Position numbers and translations under genes: made by a program. This document shows positions 27,710-40,533 of a stretch of DNA of 64,000 nt, piece by piece; the first letter of the stretch is position 1, and each line of letters starts with the position of its first letter. The DNA is from Mobula hypostoma (lineage: Eukaryota): the NCBI RefSeq assembly GCF_963921235.1, contig NC_086097.1, positions 92,010,001 through 92,074,000 on the forward strand, written 5' to 3'. The notes under the pieces were generated by a model. That model was given only the letters and a program-made list of their open reading frames with translations, did not search any database and was not told where the DNA came from.

Positions 27710-28160
27710 ACAATGCATAAAAGCATGCAGACATGGTCACGAGGTTTGGTTATTGTTCAGACTGAACATCAGAATGGGGAAGAAATGTGATCTAAGCGAC
27801 TTTGACCATGGAATGATTGTTGGTGCCAGACAGGGTGGTTTGAGTATCTCAGAAACTGCTGGTCTCCTGGGATTTTCACACATAAGTCTCTAGAGTTTAC
27901 AGAGAATGGTGTGAGAAACAACAAACGTTTAGTGGGTGTAAATGCCTTGTTGATGAGAGAGGTCCGAGGAGAATAGCCAGACTGATTCAAGCTGACAGGA
28001 ATGTGACAGTAACTCAGATAAGCACAGTAATTACAACAGTGGTGTGCAGAAAAGCATCTGTCGGTGCACGACACGTGGAACCTTGAAATGAATGGGTACA
28101 GCAGCAGAAGACCACAAACATATACTTAGTGGCCATTTTATTAGGTAAAATGGCCACTGA
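27710..28160 (+). mobile_element. Tc1-family transposon remnant (paired/HTH domain, truncated)
   Basis: From ATG 27774: MGKKCDLSDFDHGMIVGARQGGLSISETAGLLGFS, then frameshifted CLVDERGPRRIARLIQADR; TIR-like AGTGGCCA.TTTATTAGGTA at about 28128. Confidence 0.8.
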
Positions 28161-29899
28161 GCACATGTTGCCTGATTTGTTGTGTATTTCTAGCTTTCTC
28201 TATTAAGTGTGGAAGATAAGGATGGTTTGCTGTAGGGATTTGTGTATTCAGTTCAAAAAGGATTTTTTGTGTTACAGTGGCTATTAATCCAGAAAGGAAA
28301 GATTAGTTTTTTATTGAAAAAAGTATATAGAGATCGTGCTGATTCAAAGTGATGACAATAAACGTATCTATATGGATTTGGACCCTGAACCTATATTCTG
28401 AAATATGTTGTGGATTGTTTATTGTGTAAAATTGTTTGGAGTTGGTGTTCAGTTGTAGGGCAGGGATTGCTTATTCTGTAATTATTTATCATTTAGATTA
28501 TCCAGCACAGTAAAATTTAAATGCTTTAGGATTGTAATTAAGATTCTTTTTTTTGCATGCATATGTCTATCCAGGAGTAATGGGAAAAGAAACAATGATT
28601 TCCATGTACTCCTGTCAAATCCTCTGAAAGGATTGCCCACACAAATTCTACCTGAAGAAAGGTACTGGTAGGGCAAATGTCTTGATGTAAGGTTTTGACA
28701 CAAAATGCTGATGATTCCTTTGGCTCCACAGAGGCTGCTTGACCTGCTGAGCTCCTCTAGCAGGTTGTTTTTGGCTCCAGATTCCAGCGTCTGTGGTTTC
28801 CTCTGTCCCCGTTTTGTTAATTCATTGGCATGAGAGTCACTAACATTGTGATTGCTATGCCATCGGATTTCTGAATGGACAATGAACCCAAGAACACTAC
28901 CTCACTTTTTTTTTGCTCTCATTTTGTACTACTTATTTAATTTAATTTTTAAATATATACTTATTGTAATTATTAATATGTATTGCAATGTACTGTTCCC
29001 ACAAAACAACAAATGTCATGACATATTATTAACCAGAATTCTGATTCTGATTCTGCTGGAGTTGCTTAACTAAGCAAGACTAGAGTTGTTGTTTATTCAG
29101 CAGTATTGCAATTGTTTGAGGAAGCCTTAGTCTAGGCAGCAGGTCAGAGAGCAGAGCTCACTGCTGCCCAGTGGACCCTATATGCTGGATTTCAGGTTTT
29201 TATTTTTCTAAAATGATCAAAGTCTACTCTGGCACACTGAAGGTAAGGATGAATTTTATCTGTGGATGATTGCCTTCATTGAGATGTAGGAAGATGTTCT
29301 GGGGTTTATTATAAACTTCTTTTGTGGGTAGTGAGGGCTTGGAATGAACTGCCAGAAAAAGTGGTTAAGATGAGTACAATTGCAACATTTAAGAGGCACT
29401 TCGTAGGTACATGGAAGAGAAGGGTTTGGAGTGTTATGGGCTGGTTCGGAGCAACTGGGACTAGCAGGGAAGGTGCTGTGGTCAACTTGGACCAGTTGGG
29501 CTGAAGGGCGTGTTTCTATGCTGCATTAATCTACGACTCTCTAAACATTTGTTGTTAGCGGGTAGTGTGCAACAAAGGCAGGTTGGTGGAAACACTTTGA
29601 TTAAGACCTGTTATCCTCATACCTACCGCAGGTATCTCGTAGAAGTGCAGAGAGACACCGCCAGTGATTCCTCCACAGAATGTTTCAAATCCATTGGTAG
29701 GATAGGGGACCGAGTGGCCCTCCACTCTGCTCACTCAGCATTCTCAGCATTGAGAATCGGCACCCAGTCATTTCTAACTTTCAAGCCCCCTGGTTTACAC
29801 CCCAGACGCCAGACTCCTGCACAGATTACTGCTTGGAGTTCTTCCAAGGCAAGAGGTTATAGGCCGACAGAGGAAAGGATTCTTAAGACTATATGTTCA

Positions 29900-30480
29900 T
29901 AAAATATAGGAGCAGAATTAGACCATTTGGTCCATCAAGTGCGCTCCACCATTCAATTGTAGCTGATTATTTTTAACCCCATTATCCTATCTTCTTCTAT
30001 GACTTTTACCCCTCCCTTTACCAATCAAATACCTATCTCTACCTTTAATGTACCCAGTGATTTGACTTCCGCAGCCCTCTGTGGCAATGAAATCCACAGA
30101 CTCGCCACGCTGTCAGAAGAAATTACCCCTCAAGTCAGTTTTAAAAGGATTCTGAGTCTGTACGCTCAGATCTTAAACTCTCCCTCTAATGTAGACATCT
30201 ACACGTCCACTCTATCCAAGCCTTTCAGTATCCAGTGGGTTGCAATCAGATCAGCCCTTATCCATCTGAAGTTCATCAAGTACAGACCCAGAGACTTCAA
30301 ATGCTCCTCATAAGATGAGTCCTTCATTCTTGTGGTCCTCCTGTGGACCCTCCCTAGAACCAGACAATGTCTTACCTTGGACAATGGGGCCCAAAATCGC
30401 TGACAATATTCCAGACGCAGTCTGACCAACACCTTATAAAGCCTCCACAGTACATCCTTGCTTATACGTTCTAGTCCACT
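29900..30480 (-). mobile_element. CR1 LINE 3' fragment
   Basis: LYKVLVRLRLEYCQRFWAP, SYEEHLKSLGLY, RADLI. Confidence 0.8.
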
Positions 30481-31169
30481 AGATTTAAGGATCTTTTCCA
30501 GGCCTCCCATCAATTCCACCCAAAAAAAGAGAAGGTGCATTGGGAACTTCAACTCTGGAGCCCACAGAAGCCCAATGCTGTTAATGGAAGTATTACATCA
30601 CTTCTCAAACTATGTTAAGTACCTCCTGTCACAGCTGTAGGAGAGTCTGTCAGTCCCATACGGAACTCATCACTCACCTGGAAGTCGGCAGAATTGGAGT
30701 GGAAGTGAGTCATTTTTGACCTTGATATATTGATATATTACATAACAGAAAGGTCACTGCTACACACTGTGTGGTTGCCGTTCAGTACAGTACTTAATAA
30801 ATGGAGCACTGCCTGAATATCTATGGGAATTTACTGTGAAGATTTTAGGTTCCCATATTTGCGGAGTCTATCGTGAAGGCTCATGTGATGATAAGTGGCT
30901 TCCTGGTATTCAGAACAAGAACAGGGAAATTGTCAGAATGTGCAAAAGTCATGGTGATAAGGGGATCTTGCTATTCAAATAGAGACTGGGATAGCAATAA
31001 CAAGGGTTAAAAGAGGGGGTGCAGGTCCTGAGATGCGTTCAAAAGGACTTACTTGACCTTTATGTTTCAATAATGAGGAAGTCATTTTTGCTGATCTTGG
31101 TTCTGGGAATATGTATCAAGTAGGTCCACATTGGTAAATTACTTAAATTTGGGAGTCACATGACTTCCT

Positions 31170-32120
31170 ACCCTGCAATGACCTGGTTTCTCACCCTCCC
31201 CTTTTCTATTTTCCTCTACGCTTTAATTTTCATTCCCTTCCCTTCCTCATTGCTTGTTCTTAATCTTTTCTGCTTCTCTGCTTCCACATGTCACACTGAT
31301 TTTATACCCCAATCCTCTTTCTCTCAGTTGATCCTTTGCCTGTAATTCTGTCTTTCTATACAGTTCCATTCCCACCTTCCTTGGTACATTGATTTTCCTG
31401 TCATCTGTATCTCTCACTGTAATTCTCCTTGCTGTCTTTCTGACTCTAATCCCTATCTGAATCATTCTCCCTTTCTCATGTCTTTCTCCTTCTCTGTCTC
31501 ACTTTCTCATTCCCCCATCACTCTCAGTAATTCAGGCTTGTCCTCTCTCTCCCTTTATCCCCCTCATCCCCTTTTTTTGAATTAATTTTCTCTCCTACTC
31601 TTTTCCCTTCTCTCACTTCCTCTTGTTCTGTTTTCAACTCTTACTGTTTTGCTTCCTAGCTTTCCATTTCTTATCCTTCATGCTCAGCTGCACTTTCTGT
31701 GAGCATGAACTTCAGTCATACACACATTATCTTCGTTTGCACACCACACTCTATCATAATCCATTCACTACCTTCTGTGTCCTTTACCTCACTTCCTCTT
31801 TATCTCTCTTGTAATTGTTTCTCCTCCTCTGGCAGCTCATCCCATGGGCTCACCACTCTCTTATGTGAAAAAAATGGCATCTCACAACCCCTTTTAAGTC
31901 TTTCTTGGTATTTCTCTACCTGACTACGTTTCTCTTCTGTCCTCCCTCATTTCGCTCTGCTTTATCTTTCTCTCAGCTCTCCACCACCTGTCAGTCACCA
32001 CTATATTTTCCGAGTCTGTTTCTTTTGCTTTATCTCCCTATCTCTCTCTCTCTTGCTCTATATTCCTTTCTTACTTTCCCTCGCTCCCTCTCCCTTTCAC
32101 ATGCTCCCTATTTCATTTCC
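31170..32120. repeat. About 1-kb pyrimidine-rich low-complexity tract
   Basis: Strong T/C strand asymmetry; spurious Leu/Ser/Phe-rich ORFs. Confidence 0.8.
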
Positions 32121-34513
32121 TGTTAACCAGAATACACATTAAGCAATCATTTTAACACATAGTTCTTACTTTCTAACAAGTATGCATTACGTTGGAATCA
32201 AATCCCACAGGACACACACAGTGCAAAATGGTGGACACAGGATGTTAATAGCCCTGGCAAGTAACAGCAGTTCTGAAGAATAAAGAGGCTTTTGCAAATA
32301 TGTGAAACTTGGCCAAGGAAATGATGGCGAGGGAAAAGCGTGAACTACAAAGAGAAAGGAACGGATTATAAAAGTCAAATGTAGAGATTAACAGGTATGC
32401 AGGCAAGCACAAGAAAATTTAAAGGGGAAGATGAAAATGGCAGAGTTCTGTTGGGTACTGGACTATATCAGTTGTCAGAAGCTAGGAATTATGCTCCTGG
32501 GCACTTCTTAAACAAAATCACATGGATTCTCTAGGAGAAATGATTCCCACTATTCCAGCCACATTCCAGTTCTTGATCCCAGTCGTGGCCTTGGGACCTG
32601 ATTCCCAACCCCTGTCACAGTCTGGCTCCCCAGCTCAGTTGTAACCAGTACCTGGTCCCTAACCCAGACCCCACCTTGGCCTGCAGCTTCCCATCGCAAA
32701 CACTCTCCTGCTAACAGCCCCATACCTGTCTACATTCCTGGCCTTGTTTTACCTGCCCACCAGCTTGTCTTCCCAGCCGGGCCCTGGATCCTGTCCCGCA
32801 GCCCAGCCATTCCGCACAGTACTCCAGTTACACCACCCAGCCCTGTTTCCAAGAACTCTAACCACATACATGGCTCTCTCCCCAGGCACTTGATGCTTGC
32901 ACACTCAGCTCCATTACTGGGCAATTGATGCTCACACACCCTGTTTCCAAGCACAGTGCCCACACCTGACCCTGTCCTGTTCCTTTCCGTATCCCAACCC
33001 TCAATTGAAGATATTTCTTTATTTATTGAGATGAAGCATGGAGTAGGCCCTTCTGCCCTTTCAAGCCGGGCTGCCCAGTAATTCCCAATTTAACCCTAGC
33101 CTAATCACGGGACAATGTATAATGACCAATTAACCTGCCAACTGGTACGTCTTCTGGGAGGAAACCGGAGCACCCGGAGGAAACCCATGCAGTCACAGGG
33201 AGACTGTACAAATTCCAGACAGGCAGCAATGGGAATTGAACCGGAGTTGCCTGTACTGTAAAGGCATTGTGCTGACCACTACACTGCCGTGCCATCCTAG
33301 ATGCGATGGATGGAAACTCTTCTTTATTCACAGAGTTCACTTCAGGGGTGGTTGAAAAGGAAGATTTTTTAACGGTGCTCAAGAAGGAGCAAGAGGAAAA
33401 AGCACCAATTGGGCAAGAGGCCAAGGCCTGGGATTTGTACAAGCAGGACAAAGTTCACATCTCCTTCTTCTATGTCGACATTTGTGGTGCTCTACATTCA
33501 GTAGGGCATGAGATATTTATTAAAGTTGTATATGGTTTTAGCAGCGTAAGCATAGTACGCTGCAAGGCTGCAAAACCACTGATTAACTGATTAGATTCAG
33601 TGGAAGATTGCCATCATTCCTGAGTCCAGTGCCATAAAGTTCTCTGGGCTGAGTTGAACCAATCTGTGTCGCCAATTGCAAGCTGTTGTTGCAGTTAACA
33701 GCACATTATTCTGAAACAACCACGCAGCAAGTTCCTGTTTTGAATGGAGTGACATTTGTAGAGCATGGTGACTGAGGTACCGCAATATTTGCATTTAAAA
33801 TGTCTGGAGGAAGTTATTGCAGAAAAACAAAATGACTGAGGCTCAGGTGGCATTGGGAAGAGAGCGAGCAGACTCTTTGACTTCAGTATCAATTTCTGGA
33901 CCAGTTTAAAGGCTGAGATCCCATTTGCCTTTGAAGTTTCTTGGTTGCAGCTCCCAAAAACTGCACTCAGTGACACACACAGGCAAAAGCTGACTGCATT
34001 AATTGTAATTGACACATTATTTTCCCAGTATTAACCTGTGATTTCTAAAGTAGCAGCATCCATCGTCAGGGATCCCCACCAGCCAGGTCTTGCTCTCTTC
34101 TCACTGCTACCATCAGGAAGAAGGTCCAAGAGCCTCAGGACTCATATCAACAGGTTCAGGAACAGTTGTTACCTCTCAGCCATCAGGCTCTTGAACTAGA
34201 GGGGACAATTCCAATCACCCCAAAACTGAACTGATTCCACAACCCATGGACACACTTTTAAGGGCTCTACAACTCATGTTCTCAATATTTATTGCTTACT
34301 TATTTATGGTTATTATTATTTTTTTCTTTTGTAGTTGCACAGTTTGTTGTCTTTTGCACACTGGTTGTTTGTCCATCTCTGCTGTGTACAGTATTTCATT
34401 GATTCTGTTGTGTTTCTTTAAATTTACTGTGAATGCCTGCAAGAAAATAAAGCTCAGGGTTGTATATGTTGAGATATATGTACTTGGATAATAACTTTAC
34501 TTTGAACTTTGGT

Positions 34514-35253
34514 TAACTCATATGTTTTGGTCTTGTCCTCTTTTGGAAAAATATTGGAAAGCTATTTTTGATATTATCTCAACAGTTCTATGTTTTGACT
34601 TACAACCCCATCCTATTACGGCAATTTTTGGATTGCCAATGGTAGAACATAGATCTTTGTCTTCTTCAGCCTGTCGGATGATTGCATTTGTTACTTTAAT
34701 GGCCAGAAGATCTATTCTATTGAACTGGAAGGAGACCAATCCTCCTACTACATTTCAATGGTTTTCCCAAACTATATTATGTTTAAATTTAGAAAAAATT
34801 AGAAGTGATATTTTTGATCCTTCGGTTAAATTTGAAGAAACTTGGAAATTGTTTATTCAACATTTTCACATGATGTAATTTGACCTTTCCGAATCCTTCT
34901 TATTAACTTAAAATATATGAATAGAGGAGCGGAGTTGACGACATTACTGGACGTGTTTGATTTAAGGTATTGGTCTAGCCCTGTTTTGTTCCGTTTGCTT
35001 TTTTGGGTTTAGTATTTAGTTCTTTTTTTTCTTTTTTTAGGGGTGTTTTTCTTAGTATTTTTTTTCTTTTTATTTATTTTTTCTCTATGATTAAATACAT
35101 CATGAGTTTGGAAGTCTATTATACCTGTGTTATCTGAAATCTTTTTTGTATATGTTTATTAACAATAAGATTATTCCAATCTCTTTGTATCAACATTGTT
35201 ATTTTGTTTATAATTTTGGAAAAATTAATAAAAAGATTTAAAAAGAAAGAAAA
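34514..35253 (+). mobile_element. 5'-truncated L1-clade LINE (ORF2 C-terminus, 3' UTR, A-rich tail) with 10-bp TSD
   Basis: HMFWSCP..YWK..ARRSILLNWK..LEKI..W; AATAAA and A-rich tail; GAACTTTGGT at 34504-34513 and 35254-35263. Confidence 0.9.
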
Positions 35254-35875
35254 GAACTTTGGTAAGGGTCAATGGGTTCATACCAAATTTCTGAGAAAGT
35301 AGAGGCATCAGTGAGTTTTCTTGATCATGGCACTGAGGTGGTGAGATTTCTTGGCCATGATGTCTACATACGGTAGTTGGACCAAGACAGGCTGTTGGCG
35401 AAGGTCTCAACCATTTTAATCTCAGTACCTTTGATGCAAACAGGAACATGGGCACCACTCCCCTTTCTGAAATCAATGACCAGCTCTTATGTTGCTAATA
35501 CTGAGGGAAAGGTTTTTGTCATCTTCTTCCTGTACTCCAGTCCATTATTATTTGAGATACGGCCCACTACCGTGATATTATCTGCAAACTTGTAGATGGA
35601 TTTAGAGCAGAATCTGGCCATGCAGTTGTGAGTGTACAGGGAGTAGAGCAGTGGGCTGAGAATGTAACCTATGGGGCATTGGGGTTTAGAATAATCATGG
35701 TAGAGGTATTGCTGCCTAAGTTTACTGATTGTAGTCTGTTGGTCAAGAAGTCAAGGACCTAGTGCAGTGGCAGTTGTCTTCAGCCAGGTATCAGAGTTTC
35801 GTGCTGAGTTTTCTTGGAATTAAGGCAGAGCAGTAGTCAATAAACAATAGTCTAACTTAGGTGTCTTTACTGTCC

Positions 35876-36425
35876 AAGCAGGGAGGTGATAGGCAGGAAA
35901 GGTGAAGAAGGAAGAGGGGAAGATACAATGGGTAGTAGAAGGAGGCGGAACCATGACTGAGGTGATAGGCAGCTGGGGGAGGGGGCAGAGTGACATAGGG
36001 ATATACGTTCCCAGGAAGGAGACGTGGCTGTGGTAGCAGGTCTGGGTGAGGATCTGGTCGAAGAGTCGGAGAGAGGCGAAGATCACAGAGGGGGAGCAGT
36101 GAGAAAGGGTCTCACTGAACTCCCGTCGAAGGAAAGATTTAAACTTCTTCAGGGTAGACATACCTCGAAGAGACTTCGCAGCGGAGTAGCAAATTGTAAA
36201 CACAAAATACTCAGCAGATGCTGGGGTCAAGCAACACTCACAACACGCTGGAGGAACTCAGCAGGTCGGGCAGCATCTGTGGAAACGATGAGTCAACAAT
36301 TTGGGCTGGAACCCTTCGTCAGGACTGAAGAGGGAAGGGGCAGAGGCCCTGTAAAGAAGGTGGGGGGAGGGTGGGAAGGAGAAGGCTGGTAGGTTCCAGG
36401 TGAAAAGCCAGTAAGGGTAAAGAGT
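35876..36425 (-). mobile_element. Penelope-like element junction: pLTR with degenerate hammerhead (36291-36326), 5' UTR and probable ORF start
   Basis: Minus AGTCCTGACGAAGGGTTCCAGCCCAAATTGTTGACT; downstream ATG at 36161 begins MSTLKKFKSFLRREFSETLSHCSP, then runs into a second pLTR-like tract. Confidence 0.65.
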
Positions 36426-37424
36426 TTGGGAAGCTAGAATTAATATGTGCTGTGCTTAGCCTCTTGAAGCGGTTTATTATGACAGGAAGAATGAGAAAAC
36501 TGCCTGGGGTGAGTGAGATGTTTGATTATGTTGGCTACTTACCATTCTGATACCAGAGTGGTGAATCTGTGGGATCTGTTGCCACAGGCAGCTGTGGAGG
36601 CCAAGTCTTTACGTACATTTAAGGCAGAGCTTGATAGATTCTTGATTGGTCACGGCATGAAGTAATACAAGGAGAAGGCATGAGATTGGGCTGAGAGAGA
36701 AAATGGATCAGCCATGATGAAATGACGGAGCAGACTCTATAGGCCGAGTGGCCTAATTACGCTCTTATATCTTATGGTCTTGACTGAGTCAGCGAGATGT
36801 GTAGAGTGAATCCATGGAGGAGAGGCTGTTTTCCATGATGGACTGATTTCACTGATAGACTGAGCTGTGTGCGGAACTCTAGTCCACAGTTTCATGTGCT
36901 CATATGCAGAGCAGTTGCCATTCTGTTTGTAATTGTATCTGCTGGCATGGTTCAGTATCTGTATTTTTGTTTACATGGTAATTCTGTGAACTGCCTTGGG
37001 ATGCTTTGCAATGTTAAAGGCATTGTTTTGCATGTTATCAGTAACAGAGATGTGTTGAATAGAAAGCTCGCTCTTTATATATATCACTCTCTCTATCACT
37101 CTATCTCATGATCTCTCTCTCTCTCTAACGCTCTCCTTCTTTATCCCGCTCGCTGTCTTTCTCTGTCTCTTTCTGTCTTTTCTCTTTCGTCTCTTTCTCC
37201 ACACTATTTTCTTCATTTCACTACCTTCGTCTCTCTATTGTCTCCTTTTCTCTCTAAGATCAATCCTTTTCTCTATCCTCTACTCCCTCCCTCTCTGACA
37301 CTGACACCACACTGTTTCCTTGATCTTCTTTCTCGTTTCCTCCACAATGACACTGGTCCTACATGGAAACCTTTATTGCATGAGTGTAGTTGGACTTCAT
37401 TGCAGACCTCTTGTCTTGTTGCAG

Positions 37425-37524
37425 AATAACCCCCAGGTGAAAGCTAAAAGGAAAGAGCACTATTCACCATTCAAAGTCTCCTTCAAGAAGGAATATTGCT
37501 GGATTCAACTGGCTGGTCATGCAG
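37425..37524 (+). CDS. Inositol-trisphosphate 3-kinase (ITPKC-like), first recognisable coding exon (100 bp; CaM-binding region and start of kinase domain)
   Basis: Acceptor ttgtcttgttgcag|, donor GCAG|gtaatt. Translates NNPQVKAKRKEHYSPFKVSFKKEYCWIQLAGHA(G), matching the ITPK SPF..SFKKxYxWxQLAGHxG motif. Confidence 0.93.
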
Positions 37525-40319
37525 GTAATTCTCCTCATAGGCACTTTATCTCTGAAGCAACATGCATTTGCAAGTGACATTTTGTGTTGCTCGCTTTTAT
37601 CTCTGTGTTTTACAATAATGAAAGGGAGAATTTGCATTAACATAATGCTTCTGAACATCTGAGCATCAGAGCCAAAGGTGGCATATAAGAATGAAGGAAA
37701 AGACTATAGTCAACTTGCATGCAACAAACTTACAAATAGTATTGATGCAATGAGCCAAGAATTTGGCACGGTAAAATTGCTTGAGGGAAAAATACCATGA
37801 CGTAAGAACAGAATTAGGCTGTTTGGCCCATCAAGTCTGCTCCGCCAGTCGGTCATGGCTGATTTATATTCCCTCTCAACTTCATTATCCTGCCTTCTCT
37901 CTCTGATCAACAACTTATCAGCATTCGCTTTAAACATACCCAATGTCTTGACCTCCAGAGCTGTCTGTGGTAACAAATTGACAGATTCACCATCATTTGG
38001 CTAAAGAAATTTCTTTTCATCTCTGTTCTAAAGAGATGTCCTTATATTCTAGAACTGTGGTCCTAGGAACCATCCCACTCTCGGAAACATCCTCTCCATG
38101 TCCACTGTATCTAGGCCTTTCAATATTCAGCAAGTTTCATTGAGCTTCCTCTTTGACCCCCACTCCCATTCTTCTAAACTCCAGCCAGTCCAGGCCAGAG
38201 CCATCAAATGCTCCTCATACATTAACCCTGTCATTCCTAGGATCATTTATGTGAACCTCCTCTGAACTCTCCAATGCCAGTACATCATTTCTTAAATAAC
38301 TTCCTTGCGGGACAAATGTAGGCCAGAGCATTGGGAAAACTCTGCCGTTATTCTCAGAGTCTAATGAGCAGTCTGATAGGTCAAATTTAATTATTCATAA
38401 GAAAGAACATTAGAAACAAAAAGGAGGCCACTCAGCCTCTCATATTAGCTCTGTCACTCAGTGAGCTCATATCTAACTGTTTTGTTCAGCTACCTTTCCC
38501 TGCACTTAAACCCTATCAACCTTGGTCTTGAAAAAACACATGAGCCGATTCTGGGATGCTTCAGTGGTGCAGCAGGTAGAGTCGCTGCCTTACAAAGCTG
38601 GAGAACCCGGGTTCAAGCCTGACCTCAGCTGCTGTGCATGTTCTCCCTCTGACCACATGGGTTTCCTCTGCGTGCTCTGGTTTCCTTCCAATTACAGATG
38701 TGTAGGCTACTTCAAATTGTTCGTCATGTGTAGGTAAGTGGTAGAATCTGGTGGAGTTTTGGGGAGAATTTTCAAAAGGGGATTAATATAGGATTAGCAT
38801 AAATGGGTGGACAATGCAGGTTTGCAGGGGTGGGGCGGCACTGTAGGGTCTGTTTTGGGCTGTTTCTACACTATAATCCTGCAGTGTTATTGGGTACAGA
38901 ATTCCAAAGAACCTCCACCTTCTGAAGAAATTTCTTCCAAATCTGTGCTGAGGAATAAGGTTGAAGCCTTATTTTGACTGGTTCTAAACACCCCAGCCAG
39001 AGGTAACATCATCTCCTCATCATTACATTTTGTACTCCTATTGTTGAGGTAACACTCAAACCCACAACCACCAAACCAGAGTACGAGTGTGCTATTCAGA
39101 ACAGTAAGGCTCATTTCAACTCATGAATAATCTTGCAAATCCAGTTGGATGGGTGTTATCAACTTCCTGTAATGTTTTAAGTGATCAGAAGTTTACACAA
39201 TATTGTGTTGTGCGACAGCGAATATGTGTTCCAGTTGCTGTTGCACTTTTTCACGTGTTGTCGAACGAAGCGTTGTTAACTTACTGTTAGATGTCCTATT
39301 GTGGGCAGATTCTGTGAGCTAAGCTCTCTGTTCATTGTTTCCTCTTTACTGTCTTCTCTGGTATCTGTGGTCTGGACTGTCAACTTGGCAAAGGGTGAAG
39401 GACAACATGTCCTTGTATTTGAGCATCATCAGCTCACATCACCTTCTGAAGGAGCCGATAATAACCTTCAAACTAATTCCCAGACTTGCTTGCTGCTATT
39501 TGTCCATTGGTCAGGGATTGTGGCCTCAATTTCAACTGTTTCTAGCTGGTCAGTTCCCACGTTCTGCATCAGTCCCACCTCCTCCTCACTGTATTCCCAT
39601 CTTAGCTGCTTCAAGTGAAAAGGTGAAGAAGATAGACATGGGCCTGAGCAGGGGAGCAGTGATGGCTTCCTTTTCAGATTAACTTATTGGGAACTAGAAG
39701 CCTGGAAGTTAAATTTTAATCATCTTCAGTTTCCTTGAATGGAGGAGTGCTTGTGTAGGGCTACTAAACATTGAACCAAGCCTAGAGCCTCTCCTACCTC
39801 CTCATGATCCTGTCCAGATTTACCTTTTAAACCTGCCCGTCCCTTCACCAACATTCCTGACTCTTCTCATGCCTGGAGCACCTCTTGAACATGCCTGGAA
39901 CCTCCCGTTCCCTTCCAACTTCTTCCTGGATCTCCACTGATCTTGCTCTGAGCTTTGCAGAACCTCCTGACTGTAATGGATGCTCCTAAGCTGTGCCTTG
40001 CACTCTTCAGTGTGGTGTAGACTTAAGTTGGCCCTAAAGGGTATCATTTTACTGTTGATAAACAAACAATCGATATCTTTTAACTACTCCTTTAAAGTTC
40101 CTTTGTGTTCAAGGGTGTCCTTCCTGAATCTGTCTAGGACTCCACTCCACTCAATGTAATCCAGATCCTTACCCTGATCACCTCCCAGCAACTCACTGGC
40201 CAGTTGTTAGATAGTTTTTGCACCGTGATGCATCTTCATTGGTAATTGAGTATATTACCTTTCATTTTTGTCGTTATTCCTGTATGTTAAAAAAATGTTT
40301 TCCTCTGTTTCTCATTTAG

Positions 40320-40533
40320 GTAGTTTCAAACCAGGGGATGATGGGAAGATCCTGAAGAAATACAGTGAAAATGAGAAGATGTGCTTTGAGCAACTAAAAG
40401 CAGACCGGTTAGCTGCTTTTGTACCAGGTTACCATGGTGTAATCAAAAAAGGAGAAGAGCTGTACATTCAGCTGGATGACTTGTTGGCCGAGTTTGACAG
40501 CCCGTGTGTTATGGACTGTAAAATGGGAGTAAG
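40320..40533 (+). CDS. ITPK coding exon (214 bp) with the PCVMDCKMG inositol-phosphate kinase signature
   Basis: Acceptor ctcatttag|, donor AAG|gtatgt. Translates (G)[13 protein letters not shown]...[23 protein letters not shown](R); phase matches both flanking exons. Confidence 0.96.
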
